A stretch of DNA of 64,000 nt from Vicinamibacterales bacterium (GCA_965249175.1 OZ252227.1:2556900-2620899); one strand, 5' to 3'. Shown: positions 50,712 through 60,967, numbered from the stretch's first letter. A program made the numbers and translations. Notes: a model not told the origin generated them from the sequence alone.

Positions 50712-51973
50712 CCCATCCGGAGCTCGGCGTCATTGTCGAGGCGGAGGGGCACTTGATCGACTCGCAGTTGCTCAACGCCATCTTCGACAAGGTCATCGAG
50801 CGCCGCGCGACGTTCGAAGTGCTCGAGTTCGCGATCGGTCGGACGAACGACGAGTTCTCGCGGCTCACACTCCGAGTGACCGCCCCGGATCGCCCCCGCC
50901 TGGTCCAGTTGCTCGAAGAGCTGATGCCGCTTGGCTGCCACCCGGCGCCGGAGCGCGAGGTCGTGCTGAAGGCAGCGGACGTGGACGGATGCGTGCCGGA
51001 CGATTTCTACGCCACAACCAACCATCGAACCCACGTGCGTCATGGAGGGGCGTGGATCGAGGTCGGAGATCAGCGGATGGACGCCGTCATCGTCGTGACC
51101 CCGACCGGCGCAGCCTGCTGCAAGCTGCGAGACGTGCAGGCGGGCGACGCGGTCGTGTGCGGCGTCGATGGCATCCGCGTGGCGCCCGCGTTTCGCGAAC
51201 GCGATCGGCTCGGCTTTGCGTTCATGACCAACGACGTGTCGACCGAGCGACGTGTCGAAGTCACGGTCACCAAGATTCTGGCGATGATGCGGGAGGTGAA
51301 GGCGGCCGGCGGCCGCATCGCGTTCGTGGCCGGCCCGGTCGTCGTTCACAGCGGAGGTGGCGCTTACTTCACCGAGCTCATCCAGCACGGGTTCGTAGAT
51401 GTGCTGCTGGCGGGGAACGCCCTTGCCGTACACGACGTCGAGCACGCGATGTTCGGGACGTCGCTGGGCATCGACCTCGACGCCGGTGTCGCCGTCGAGG
51501 GGGGGCATAAGAACCACATGCGGGCGATCAACGCGATCAACCGTGCCGGCGGTCTGCGCCCTGCGGTCGCGACCGGCGTCCTACGGTCGGGGATCATGCA
51601 CGAGGCGATCACGCGCAAGGTCGACTACGTGCTCGCCGGGAGCATTCGTGACGACGGGCCGTTACTGGACACGATCATGGACCTTGTCGACGCTCAGGAC
51701 AGATACGCGGCGGCGCTCCGCGACGTCACCATGGTCGTCATGCTGTCGACGATGCTCCATAGCATCGGCGTCGGCAACATGCTGCCGTCCTGGGTCCGGG
51801 TCGTGTGCGTGGACATCAACCCCGCGGTCGTGACGAAACTGTCCGATCGGGGTTCGTCTCAAACAGTTGGCGTCGTGACCGACGTCGGTCTGTTCCTACA
51901 CCAGCTGAGCGTGCAGCTGCGTGATCCGGCCCGGGTCGCGGCCCCCGCGACACTCGAGGGGACACACGGATGA
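50708..51973 (+). CDS. TIGR00300 / LOR-SDH conserved-domain family protein (archaeal-type ornithine cyclodeaminase family); the function in this context is unknown
   Basis: 421 aa. The N-terminus GHLIDSQLLNAIFDKVIE... and central FVAGPVVVHSGGG...LLAGNALAVHD...HKNHMRAIN match my memory of this family. It has 4-nt overlaps with both thrC and lysC. Confidence 0.6.
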   Translation: MTHPELGVIVEAEGHLIDSQLLNAIFDKVIERRATFEVLEFAIGRTNDEFSRLTLRVTAPDRPRLVQLLEELMPLGCHPAPEREVVLKAADVDGCVPDDFYATTNHRTHVRHGGAWIEVGDQRMDAVIVVTPTGAACCKLRDVQAGDAVVCGVDGIRVAPAFRERDRLGFAFMTNDVSTERRVEVTVTKILAMMREVKAAGGRIAFVAGPVVVHSGGGAYFTELIQHGFVDVLLAGNALAVHDVEHAMFGTSLGIDLDAGVAVEGGHKNHMRAINAINRAGGLRPAVATGVLRSGIMHEAITRKVDYVLAGSIRDDGPLLDTIMDLVDAQDRYAAALRDVTMVVMLSTMLHSIGVGNMLPSWVRVVCVDINPAVVTKLSDRGSSQTVGVVTDVGLFLHQLSVQLRDPARVAAPATLEGTHG

Positions 51974-53232
51974 GTGCGGCCGTGGGCGAACCGATTGTCG
52001 TGCAGAAGTACGGTGGCACGTCCGTCGCGACTGCGGATCGGATTTGCGCGATTGCAGACCGCATCGCGCGATGCGTGCCGGACCATCCACGTCTCGTGGT
52101 CGTGCTGTCCGCGATGGGGAAGACCACCGATGGCCTCGTGGCCCTCGCTCACGAGGTGGCGCGCCAGCCACAGGGACGGGAAATGGACCTCCTGCTGTCA
52201 ACGGGTGAACAGGTGTCCGTGTCGTTGCTCGGGTTGGCCCTTCAGGACAAGGGGATGGCTGCGGTCTCGTTGACCGCTCCACAGTGCGGGATCCGGACGG
52301 ACAGCGCCTTCAGTATCGCGCGGATCGAGTCCATCGACACGCGGCGTATTCTGGGCGAGCTCGACGAGGGTCGCGTCGTGATCATCGCCGGGTTCCAGGG
52401 TGTGACCCACGATCACGAGGTGACGACGCTCGGGCGCGGTGGGAGCGACATCACGGCCGCCGCGGTGGCGGCGGCGCTCGACGCGCGCGTGTGCGAGATC
52501 TGTACGGATGTCGACGGCGTGATGTCCGCCGACCCGAGCACAGTCCCGCATGCCACGCGGTGGCGCGCCATCAGCTACGAAGAGGCCGTGGAGATGGCCT
52601 CGAGCGGCGCGAAGGTGCTGCACCCACGTGCGGCCGAGGTCTGCATGGCGTACGGCATTCCCATTCATGTGCGCTCGAGCTTCCACATGGATGAGGGGAC
52701 GTGGATTCGCGGAGGCGACGACATGGTGATGGAACAAGCGGCCGTGGTTGGTGTGAGCAGCGACAAGCAGATCGCCAAGGTCACCCTGCTGGAGGTGCCG
52801 GACAGACCCGGGATGGCCGCCCGGGTATTTCAGGACCTCGCGGCTGGCGGGATCAGCGTGCGCCTCATCATCCAGAGCGCAAGCTCCGAAGGTCGAGGGC
52901 GAATCACGTTCGTGCTCGATGCCGAGTACGCCGATGGCGCGGCCACCCTGATCGACCACTGGAAGGCCGAAGGCGTCGCGAGTGCGGGGACCGTCGAGCG
53001 CGACGTGGCGAAGATCTCGATTGTCGGTTCGCGCCTCGCGTCGACACCTGGGCTGGCCGCGCGGATGTTCGCCGTCCTGGCGCGTGAGGGCATCAATATC
53101 GACTGCATCAGCTCGTCCGAAATGAAGGTCGCGTGTGTCATCGCCTCGGCCCAGGTCGACCAGGCCGTGCGCGCTGTCCACGACGAATTCTTTCCGCAGG
53201 CGGACCCGGTGGGGTCCGGGTCGACGGGGTAG
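51970..53232 (+). CDS. lysC: Aspartate kinase (two C-terminal ACT domains)
   Basis: VVQKYGGTSVA...VVVLSAMGKTTD...GRGGSDITAAA. Confidence 0.93.
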   Translation: MSAAVGEPIVVQKYGGTSVATADRICAIADRIARCVPDHPRLVVVLSAMGKTTDGLVALAHEVARQPQGREMDLLLSTGEQVSVSLLGLALQDKGMAAVSLTAPQCGIRTDSAFSIARIESIDTRRILGELDEGRVVIIAGFQGVTHDHEVTTLGRGGSDITAAAVAAALDARVCEICTDVDGVMSADPSTVPHATRWRAISYEEAVEMASSGAKVLHPRAAEVCMAYGIPIHVRSSFHMDEGTWIRGGDDMVMEQAAVVGVSSDKQIAKVTLLEVPDRPGMAARVFQDLAAGGISVRLIIQSASSEGRGRITFVLDAEYADGAATLIDHWKAEGVASAGTVERDVAKISIVGSRLASTPGLAARMFAVLAREGINIDCISSSEMKVACVIASAQVDQAVRAVHDEFFPQADPVGSGSTG

Positions 53233-53238
53233 GGAGCA

Positions 53239-54285
53239 ATGGACGGTCGACTCGACGTCGGGATCCTCGGCGCGACCGGTACGATCGGTCAGGAGTTCAT
53301 CGCCGAGCTCGCGGCGCATCCCTGGTTCAACGTGGCGTGGCTGGCTGCCAGTGAGCGATCCGCGGGTCGGCGTTACGGCGACGCGACCGAGTGGCGGCTC
53401 CCGTCGGTGTTGCCCGCGTCGGTGGCCGACATGGTCGTGCACCCGTGCGAGCCGGCCGGCGCACCGAGCCTGGTGTTCTCGGGACTCGATGCGTCGGTGG
53501 CTGGCGATGTCGAGACCGCCTTCGCGTCGGCCGGTCACACGGTGGTGAGCAACGCGCGCAACCATCGCATGGCGGGGGACGTGCCGCTCCTGGTGCCCGA
53601 GATCAACCCCGACCACCTGCAGTTGCTCGCACGGCAGCGACGCGTTCGGGGATGGTCGGGTCGGATCGTCACGAACGCCAATTGCTCGACGATTGTGCTC
53701 ACGATGGCGCTGGCGCCGCTGTGTCGGTTCGGCTTGCGGTCGGCCACGGTGTCGACGCTGCAGGCGGTCTCGGGCGCCGGGTATCCGGGCGAGGCCTCGC
53801 TGGATATTCTGGGCAACGTCATCCCGTTCATTGCGGGCGAAGAAGAGAAGATGGAGTCCGAGACCCAGAAGATCCTCGGGTGTTTCGAGGACGATGCCGT
53901 GACGCCGCACGCGGTCACGATCAGCGCGCAGACCACGCGAGTGCCGGTGGTCCATGGTCACACCGAGCTGGTGTCGGTCGCGCTGGAGACCCAGCCGTCG
54001 ATCGACGACGTGAGGGAGGCGTTCCGCGGTTTCGCCGGGCGTCCGCAGGCCGAGCGCCTCCCGAGCGCTCCGCCGCACCCGGTGCTCTATCTCGCGGAGC
54101 CCGCACGGCCGCAGCCGCGGCTCGATGTCGATCGGGACGGGGGGATGACCGTGTCTGTCGGGCGCCTGCGTCCGTGTCCGGTGCTCGACTATAAATTCGT
54201 CGTGCTCGGACACAACACCGTGCGCGGCGCCGCCGGTGCGGCTTTGCTGAACGCCGAGCTGATGCGGGTGGATGGGCTCATGTAG
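53239..54285 (+). CDS. asd: Aspartate-semialdehyde dehydrogenase
   Basis: GILGATGTIGQEF...NCSTIVL (catalytic Cys)...GHNTVRGAAG. Confidence 0.92.
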   Translation: MDGRLDVGILGATGTIGQEFIAELAAHPWFNVAWLAASERSAGRRYGDATEWRLPSVLPASVADMVVHPCEPAGAPSLVFSGLDASVAGDVETAFASAGHTVVSNARNHRMAGDVPLLVPEINPDHLQLLARQRRVRGWSGRIVTNANCSTIVLTMALAPLCRFGLRSATVSTLQAVSGAGYPGEASLDILGNVIPFIAGEEEKMESETQKILGCFEDDAVTPHAVTISAQTTRVPVVHGHTELVSVALETQPSIDDVREAFRGFAGRPQAERLPSAPPHPVLYLAEPARPQPRLDVDRDGGMTVSVGRLRPCPVLDYKFVVLGHNTVRGAAGAALLNAELMRVDGLM

Positions 54286-54335
54286 CCAAGGCGCCTCAGC
54301 GTCCAGAGTTGGCAACCTTATTTCGATCAGGGTCC

Positions 54336-55748
54336 TTAGGGTCGCGCTGCGGGGCCGCCAGGTGCGGCCTGCCGCCCATCGAACACGATGCGGCCGTCAA
54401 CCACGGTCAGCAGCACTCGTGCGTCTCGAATGTCGGGCGAGGGTGCAGACAGCAGATTCGTGTCGAGCATCACGAAGTCGGCCAGCTGCCCAACCACGAG
54501 GCGGCCCTTCGTAGCTTCCTCGAATGAGGCGTACGCGCCGGTCAGCGTGTACGCATCGATCGCCTGGGCAATCGTCACCCGTTCGGTCGGGATCCATCCG
54601 CCGCTCCCGCGCCCGTCGAGCGGCCGGCGCGTGACAGCGGCGTAGAGCCCGTCCATGGGGTTGACCGGTGAGTAGAACCAATCGGTCCCGAAGGTGACGC
54701 GTGCGCCGCTGTCGAGCAGAGACCGGATGGGCAGGGCGGTCGTGTCGCGATGCTGCCCGACCAGCGCGTCGATCAGCGACGCGTCGTACAGCAATCGTGC
54801 GGGTTGCATGCTGGCGACGACGCCCAGACGGCCGAGGCGGTCGACGTCCGCCGTGCGGAGATGCTGGGCGTGCTCGATTCGAAACCGCCGGTCTCGCCGA
54901 CCGTTCTCTCGAATCACGCGGTCATACGTGTTCAAGACGAGGTGGGTGGCGCGGGCGCCGATGGCGTGCATAGCCACCTGGAGTCCGGCCCGGTCGGCGG
55001 CGGCAGTCCAGGCGTAGAGCTGGTCCTCGTCGTAGAGCAGCATGCCGCGGTCGCCCACCGAACCGGGATAGGCCTCGTCCAGCGCCGCGGTTCGCGTATC
55101 CAGCGTGCCATCGACCAATCCCTTGACGGCGCCGACGCGGAGCCAGGCGTTGCCGCGGCCGTCCGGGCCGCCGAAGGTGCCGCTGGCGATCTCGTCCCGC
55201 AGGCGGGGCCACGTCGCGAGCGGCACCGCGGCGTAGATGCGTGCGGTGAGGCTGTGTCTGGCCGCGGCAGTCTGGAAGGCCGCCACGTCCGACCAGCCTC
55301 CCATGTGGTGGACGGACGTGACGCCTCGGGCCGTCAGGTGGTCGAGTGCGGCGTCCAGTGCCGCTGCATCGCGATCCGCCGAACGCATCGACCGGGCGAC
55401 GGGCGTCACGGCCGGGTCGCGATCTCCCTCCTCGAGGAGTTGGTAACCGGCGTCGATGAGGTGGGCGTGCGAGTCGATGAAGCCAGGTAGGACCATGGCC
55501 CCGCCGGCATCGATCAGACCGTCATCGACGGCCAGCGCGGCTACAGCGACGCTGCTTCCGACTGCCGCGATGCGACCATCGGACACTCCAACCGCCTCGA
55601 CCACGGGATGCGCGGGGTCGCCGGTCCAGACCCTCGCATTCACGACAGCGAGGGTCACCGCTGGGATGGGCGATGGTGCCTCGACTCCGCAGGCGGCGCA
55701 GGTGAGAGCGCAGAGCGCGGTGGTCCACGTTGTGCGCCGACGGGGCAT
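54336..55748 (-). CDS. Amidohydrolase-family metallo-hydrolase (Amidohydro_3-like) lipoprotein
   Basis: The start at MPRRRTTW... carries the lipobox LTCAAC. Metal motif PGFIDSHAHL. The upstream part of the track ORF was rejected. Confidence 0.75.
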   Translation of the reverse strand: MPRRRTTWTTALCALTCAACGVEAPSPIPAVTLAVVNARVWTGDPAHPVVEAVGVSDGRIAAVGSSVAVAALAVDDGLIDAGGAMVLPGFIDSHAHLIDAGYQLLEEGDRDPAVTPVARSMRSADRDAAALDAALDHLTARGVTSVHHMGGWSDVAAFQTAAARHSLTARIYAAVPLATWPRLRDEIASGTFGGPDGRGNAWLRVGAVKGLVDGTLDTRTAALDEAYPGSVGDRGMLLYDEDQLYAWTAAADRAGLQVAMHAIGARATHLVLNTYDRVIRENGRRDRRFRIEHAQHLRTADVDRLGRLGVVASMQPARLLYDASLIDALVGQHRDTTALPIRSLLDSGARVTFGTDWFYSPVNPMDGLYAAVTRRPLDGRGSGGWIPTERVTIAQAIDAYTLTGAYASFEEATKGRLVVGQLADFVMLDTNLLSAPSPDIRDARVLLTVVDGRIVFDGRQAAPGGPAARP

Positions 55749-56009
55749 GTCCCCAATGCGTCGCGGTGGAGACTCTGTGTTGTGCCGCGCGACGAGCAGC
55801 CCGTGGTGAAAGTCCCGCGGCATTCGACCGCCGATGCATCCCGCGTCACCGCGTTGCTCATCGGTCGAATACTCCCGGTATTCTCCCTCTTCGCGCCTTG
55901 TGAGACGGGCGCCTCGACGGTCTCGGTGCAACGCGGCACTTTGACCACGGGCTGCTAGAGGAACGGCGAGAGGGTCCGCGATCGGCACGGACTCAGCCAA
56001 TGGCGTGCG

Positions 56010-57257
56010 TTAGTTGTCGTTCGCTTGCCGGTCGCCACTCGCGTAGTCGACAAGCAGGCGGATGGGGGACGTGCTATCGGTCCCCAGGAGCGACGTGCCC
56101 GGGGTGGTGTCGGCGCCGGGCCGAAGCAGGGCGTGTATCTCGATCTCGGTGCCGCCAGGCAGATCCAGCGGTGCCTCGAACCAATAGCGCGTCGGCCACG
56201 AGGCATCCGGCTCGCGGAGAAACAGCATGGGTACCCGGTCGCCATTCGGTGTCACGGCCATCACCTGGACATCCTTCGCCTCGATGTCGATCTCGGGGAG
56301 CACCGCGAGCAGGCGTACGTCGCGTTCGATTGCGTGCGTAAACACGATGTCACGGCCCTCGAGGAGCGTCGGAGACGTCACCAGCATCGACTCGATCGCC
56401 GCCGCATCGCCGTCTCGGAAATGCAGGCCCACCTGAGTCTGGTCGCTGAACGATTCACCCTCGGTGATCCACGTCTTTTTGTAGTGGACCCGCAGCACGA
56501 TGTCGGCGCCCGCGGGCAGCCGGTGGGCGATGCCGCCCTCGTGCAGGACTCGCTGTTGGCCCGGTGACCAGACCGCGATCGGTGGCGTCGTGGGAAAGGG
56601 CTGGCCGATGGGTTGCTCGAACCCAAGCCCGGTGTCGGTCGCTTGGAGGGCGGTCGCGGCACCGCTCGCGTCGACATACACGGCCACTCCGCGGACGACG
56701 GCGCCGGCGCCCGGCACCACGTCGACACCGGTGATCCAGCGCTCGGCATCGGCCCGGGAGGGCAGCACGAAAAAGCGCGTCGTTTCGCTCGTCCCGGCGT
56801 CCAGCACGAACGCCTCGGGCATGGTCAGCGTGAGCCCGGGCTCGCCGAGTGACCACCCGCTCGGGGCGGTCACCGGCTGTGGCTGTTTATCGCGTGGGCC
56901 TTGCGGGTACCCGCCGCTCGACCACTCGAGAATCATGTCCATCTCGTGGGCCGGGAGCGCATGCCCGTTCTTGAAGTCGCCGAAGCCGTCCTCGGCCTTC
57001 CAGGGCGGCATCCGCAATCCAAGGACTTCCTCTCGAATGGACTGGGCCCAGGGATACGCCTCTTGATACGTGACCAGCGACATCGGCGCAATGCCGCCGC
57101 TCCGATGACACGAGCCGCAGTTGTCGCGGAAGATGGGGAACAGGTGCTCGTTGTAGTTCCACCGGGATGCGATCGGTGTGTGACTCCGAGTCACGGGGCC
57201 GGTGCTCACCGCGAAACCGACTACCAGTAGGATCACGCCCCAGCTGTATCGCCGCAT
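56010..57257 (-). CDS. Secreted protein with an N-terminal CxxCH heme-binding motif and beta-sandwich-like C-terminal region
   Basis: ATG 57257 (MRRYSWGVILLVVGF). FRDNCGSCHRSGGIAPMSLVTYQEAYPWAQSIREEVLGLRMPPW. The family assignment is uncertain. Confidence 0.6.
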   Translation of the reverse strand: MRRYSWGVILLVVGFAVSTGPVTRSHTPIASRWNYNEHLFPIFRDNCGSCHRSGGIAPMSLVTYQEAYPWAQSIREEVLGLRMPPWKAEDGFGDFKNGHALPAHEMDMILEWSSGGYPQGPRDKQPQPVTAPSGWSLGEPGLTLTMPEAFVLDAGTSETTRFFVLPSRADAERWITGVDVVPGAGAVVRGVAVYVDASGAATALQATDTGLGFEQPIGQPFPTTPPIAVWSPGQQRVLHEGGIAHRLPAGADIVLRVHYKKTWITEGESFSDQTQVGLHFRDGDAAAIESMLVTSPTLLEGRDIVFTHAIERDVRLLAVLPEIDIEAKDVQVMAVTPNGDRVPMLFLREPDASWPTRYWFEAPLDLPGGTEIEIHALLRPGADTTPGTSLLGTDSTSPIRLLVDYASGDRQANDN

Positions 57258-57297
57258 GTGCCGTCTCCCAGTCGTGTCCACCGGCGCCGAACGCACG

Positions 57298-58551
57298 TTA
57301 TCGGGCGTCGGCCGCCGCGTAGACCCGGTTGATCTCGTCGACCGCCTCGACGAAGATGGCGTAGGCGTCGCCCACTTGCTGTTTGTTCCCCAGGTCGCCG
57401 TACCAGTCCAGTAGCCACGCAGCGCGCACGAGGCTCCGGATGGCGATGCGCACGTCGTTGCCCGCCCGCGCCGGCAGGTCGATCGCCCGGTCGTTGAGCG
57501 CCAGCGCCAGTTCCTTGGCCTGTAGGGCCGGGATGAAAATCTCCGTGAACGCACCCCGCGTCACCAGGTCGCCGATCTCCTGGTTGCGCCCGCCGATGCC
57601 GGTCACGATCTCGCTCGTGAGGTCTGGGATCCGTGGGCGAATCCGCTCGGCCAACGGCACCGCCACCGGAGCGGCATCCGCGACTGAGACGGGAGCCGCG
57701 TCCCCGGCCGCGGACGACAACTCCATGAATATGAAATCGAACCGGTCCTCCGGAAAGTCCTGGACCAAAAAGTCCTCGACCAACGTGAGCTTGACGGTGA
57801 TCTCGGCGGGCACGGCGAGGTCTCCCACCTCGGCTTCCAGATAGGCGCCGTCAGGGGACGGCAGCAGCGGGAACGCGACCACTTCGCGGAACTCGTCCGT
57901 CGCCTCGTCGTATTCCTCCTCGAGCACTGCCCGTCCCATCCACAGGCTCACGTCGACCGGCTCGCGATAGTTGTCGCTCGCGTAGACGCGGAAGCGGCCG
58001 CCCTCCGGGTACGCGCCCTCAATGTGGTGAAAACTGTCGGGCGCCATGAACACCGTCCCCCCGTGCCGCGGGGTGTGATCCATGTGCGCCCCCGGCGCGG
58101 CGTCGACGACGCCGCACGTCAACATCGTCGATCCGTAATAGGGATTCCGCACCGGTCCGTCGACCTGCACCCAATTGGACCCCCCGTCGTACATGGGGCA
58201 GTACGCCCGGGCGAACCCTGGCGGGAGATCCATCGCCGCGAGGAACTCCGACAGGGGCTTGAACTCGGCGCGCATCGTCTCGATACTGTCCGCTGCCGCT
58301 GCGATCCGGGTGAGTGGCCGCGTGACGTCGTCCGCAACCGTGAGCAAGGACTCAAGCGCAACCCGCGCGCCGTCGAAGTCATCCGCGGCCAACGCCTGCT
58401 GCGCCTCGACGTATGGCGCGAGCTGTGCGCTGAGATCGCCGGCGGTCGTCGGGGGGGCGGACGTGATATCGGGCGCCTGACGTGACGCGCAGGCGGACGT
58501 GGCGATGACCATGCCGCTGACCGCGGCAAGCACACTCAAGCGTGAAGCCAT
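57298..58551 (-). CDS. Lipoprotein with a DUF3347-like metal-binding region
   Basis: ATG 58551 (MASRLSVLAAVSGMVIATSAC). YCPMYDGGSNWVQVDGPVRNPYYGSTMLTCG resembles the DUF3347 C-terminal motif. It is followed by His-rich HMDHTPRHGG...FHHIEG. Confidence 0.55.
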   Translation of the reverse strand: MASRLSVLAAVSGMVIATSACASRQAPDITSAPPTTAGDLSAQLAPYVEAQQALAADDFDGARVALESLLTVADDVTRPLTRIAAAADSIETMRAEFKPLSEFLAAMDLPPGFARAYCPMYDGGSNWVQVDGPVRNPYYGSTMLTCGVVDAAPGAHMDHTPRHGGTVFMAPDSFHHIEGAYPEGGRFRVYASDNYREPVDVSLWMGRAVLEEEYDEATDEFREVVAFPLLPSPDGAYLEAEVGDLAVPAEITVKLTLVEDFLVQDFPEDRFDFIFMELSSAAGDAAPVSVADAAPVAVPLAERIRPRIPDLTSEIVTGIGGRNQEIGDLVTRGAFTEIFIPALQAKELALALNDRAIDLPARAGNDVRIAIRSLVRAAWLLDWYGDLGNKQQVGDAYAIFVEAVDEINRVYAAADAR

Positions 58552-58755
58552 GAAAATGATCCTGTCCTTGCAGAAGTATCGATCGAACAGAACATCGGAG
58601 TCTGGAGCGTGCACTCGATGCCGCAAGTATACAGTGTGCCGGGGCGGCCAGCAATGCCATGATGTGCCGTAACTCTTTATCGCCCATGGAGTAGCGGGCG
58701 TGCGCCTCCACCGTGTCGTGTTCACACGCCGGAAGACGCGGCCCACTCGGCCGTC

Positions 58756-59691
58756 GTGCTACTGTGGACCGTGGCCGAGCGCCGCACCGCCCGCGCGCGT
58801 GCCAATGCCGAGCTCGCTGACGCCTATCTCGACGAGCTCCGCGTGGCGCGCAGACTGGCCGACAACACGCTTGAGAGCTACGCGCGGGACCTGACGAGCC
58901 TGGCGCGTTTCGCCGACTCGGGTCGACAGCGCCTCGACGAGCTCACGAGACAGGATCTCGAGCATTTCGTGCGCGACCGACGCGCGTCGGGGCTCGCCCC
59001 ACGCTCGGTCGCGCGCATGGTCGCGTGCATCCGCGGTTTCTACCGTTTCCTCGTGACCGATGGGCACATCGCCGACAATCCGGCCGAAGATGTGCGAGCC
59101 CCGAGGTCGTGGCCGGCGCTCCCCAAGTTTCTGTCGCTCGAGGATGTCGACCGGCTGATCGAACAGCCGGACACGACGACGTCGATCGGCGTGCGCGACC
59201 GGGCGCTGATCGAGCTGCTGTACGCGACAGGGATGCGTGTCTCCGAGCTGGTGTCGCTCCGTCCGGGCGATCTGAACCTCGGGGCTGGCCACTTGACGTG
59301 CCTCGGGAAGGGATCGAAGGAGCGACTAGTTCCCATCGGGGCGCCCGCCGTTGACTGGGTGCGTCGATACGTCGCGTCCGGACGTCTGGCGCTCCTTGGC
59401 GGCAAGGCGTCGCCGTGGTTGTTCGTGAACGCGCGGGGCGGTGGACGATTGAGCCGCGTCGGCTTCTGGAAGATCCTCAAGAAACTGGCCCGCCTGGCGG
59501 GGCTGTCTCCAGAGCTGAGCCCGCACGTGCTGCGCCACTCGTTCGCCACCCACCTGCTCGAACGGGGCGCCGATCTCCGTTCGATTCAAACGCTTCTGGG
59601 TCACGCGGATCTCTCGACGACCCAGATCTACACGCACATTCTCGAAGCGCGTCTCAAAGCGGTCTACGACGAGTTCCACCCCCGTGTGTGA
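58756..59691 (+). CDS. xerD: Tyrosine site-specific recombinase XerD/XerC
   Basis: LADNTLESYARDL; the catalytic region HVLRHSFATHLLERGADLRSIQTLLGHADLSTTQIYTH. Confidence 0.85.
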   Translation: MLLWTVAERRTARARANAELADAYLDELRVARRLADNTLESYARDLTSLARFADSGRQRLDELTRQDLEHFVRDRRASGLAPRSVARMVACIRGFYRFLVTDGHIADNPAEDVRAPRSWPALPKFLSLEDVDRLIEQPDTTTSIGVRDRALIELLYATGMRVSELVSLRPGDLNLGAGHLTCLGKGSKERLVPIGAPAVDWVRRYVASGRLALLGGKASPWLFVNARGGGRLSRVGFWKILKKLARLAGLSPELSPHVLRHSFATHLLERGADLRSIQTLLGHADLSTTQIYTHILEARLKAVYDEFHPRV

Positions 59692-59721
59692 TTGACCCTT
59701 GAAACAGCGCTTTGCTATGGT
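59692..59721 (+). promoter_or_regulatory. Putative sigma-70 promoter of metK
   Basis: TTGACC - 18 nt - TATGGT, directly after the xerD stop and ~78 nt upstream of the metK ATG. Confidence 0.4.
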
Positions 59722-59798
59722 TAGCGGTTCGCCCGCCGGCACGGCTGGCTGGTGCGGCCGCGTTGCGAGAATCGCGATGATGAAGCACAAGGAGCAAC

Positions 59799-60950
59799 AT
59801 GCGCCGGACAGGCCAATACCTCTTTACCTCTGAATCGGTCACGGAGGGGCACCCTGACAAGATCGCGGATCAGGTGTCGGATGCGGTCCTCGATGCGGTC
59901 CTCGCCCAGGACCCCACCGGTCGCGTCGCCTGCGAGACGCTGGTGACGACTGGCTTGATCGTGCTGGCGGGTGAGATCACCACGAGCTGCACGGCCAACT
60001 TCAGCGATGTCGCGAGGGCGGCAGTTCGCGATGTCGGATACACGCGCGCAAAGTTCGGGTTCGATGCGGACACATGTTCGGTGCTGTCGGCGTTGCACGG
60101 CCAGTCGCCGGATATCGCCATGGGGGTCGATCCGGGTGGGGCCGGGGACCAGGGCATGATGTTCGGTTACGCCTGCTCTGAAACCGAAGAGCTGATGCCG
60201 CTGCCGATCATGATGTCCCATCGCCTCGTGCGGGCGCTCTCGGAAGTCCGTCGAGACGGTCGGCTGTCGTATCTGCGACCCGACGGCAAGTCGCAGGTGA
60301 CCGTCGAGTACGCGGACGACCGGCCCGTGCGCATCGACGCGATTGTCGTGTCCAGCCAGCACAGCGATGAGATCGCCACGGACCAGATCCGTCGCGACAT
60401 CGAAGCGCACGTGATCCGGGCGGTCGTGCCCGGTGCGTTGATCGACGAGCGCACGAAGATCTACGTCAATCCGACGGGGCGTTTCGTGACCGGCGGTCCG
60501 CACGGTGACTCCGGCGTGACGGGCCGGAAGATCATCGTGGACACGTATGGTGGGATGGCGCCGCATGGGGGGGGCGCCTTCTCGGGAAAAGATCCAACGA
60601 AAGTCGATCGGTCGGCCGCGTATATGGCGCGCTACATCGCCAAGAACTGCGTGACGGCGGGACTTGCCGACCGTGTCCAGGTCCAGTTGGCGTACGCGAT
60701 CGGCGTGGCGGATCCGGTGTCGGTGCTCGTCGAGACATTCGGGACCGGCAAGGTCGACGAAGCGACGATCAGCACATTGGTCCGTGAGCAGTTCGCGTTG
60801 ACGCCGAAGGGGATCATCGAGACGCTCGACCTGCGCCGCCCGATCTACCGCCAGACCGCCGCGTTCGGGCACTTCGGTCGAAGTGAGCCGGAGTTCACCT
60901 GGGAACGCACGGACAAGGCCGAGGGATTGCGCGCGGCGGCCGGGCTGTGA
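59799..60950 (+). CDS. metK: S-adenosylmethionine synthetase
   Basis: [25 protein letters not shown]; [12 protein letters not shown]; AAGGAG RBS. Confidence 0.97.
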   Translation: MRRTGQYLFTSESVTEGHPDKIADQVSDAVLDAVLAQDPTGRVACETLVTTGLIVLAGEITTSCTANFSDVARAAVRDVGYTRAKFGFDADTCSVLSALHGQSPDIAMGVDPGGAGDQGMMFGYACSETEELMPLPIMMSHRLVRALSEVRRDGRLSYLRPDGKSQVTVEYADDRPVRIDAIVVSSQHSDEIATDQIRRDIEAHVIRAVVPGALIDERTKIYVNPTGRFVTGGPHGDSGVTGRKIIVDTYGGMAPHGGGAFSGKDPTKVDRSAAYMARYIAKNCVTAGLADRVQVQLAYAIGVADPVSVLVETFGTGKVDEATISTLVREQFALTPKGIIETLDLRRPIYRQTAAFGHFGRSEPEFTWERTDKAEGLRAAAGL

Positions 60951-60967
60951 TCGGATAAGAGTCCTCC

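Noticed and set aside
52198-54315. 705-aa minus-strand ORF
   Set aside because: It is antisense to lysC and asd and is a shadow ORF.
59722-59798. Possible SAM-responsive riboswitch in the ~78-nt metK leader
   Set aside because: There is no recognisable SAM-I, SAM-II or SAM-IV core, and only weak local hairpins are present. I cannot exclude small classes (the SAM/SAH type) without a covariance-model search.
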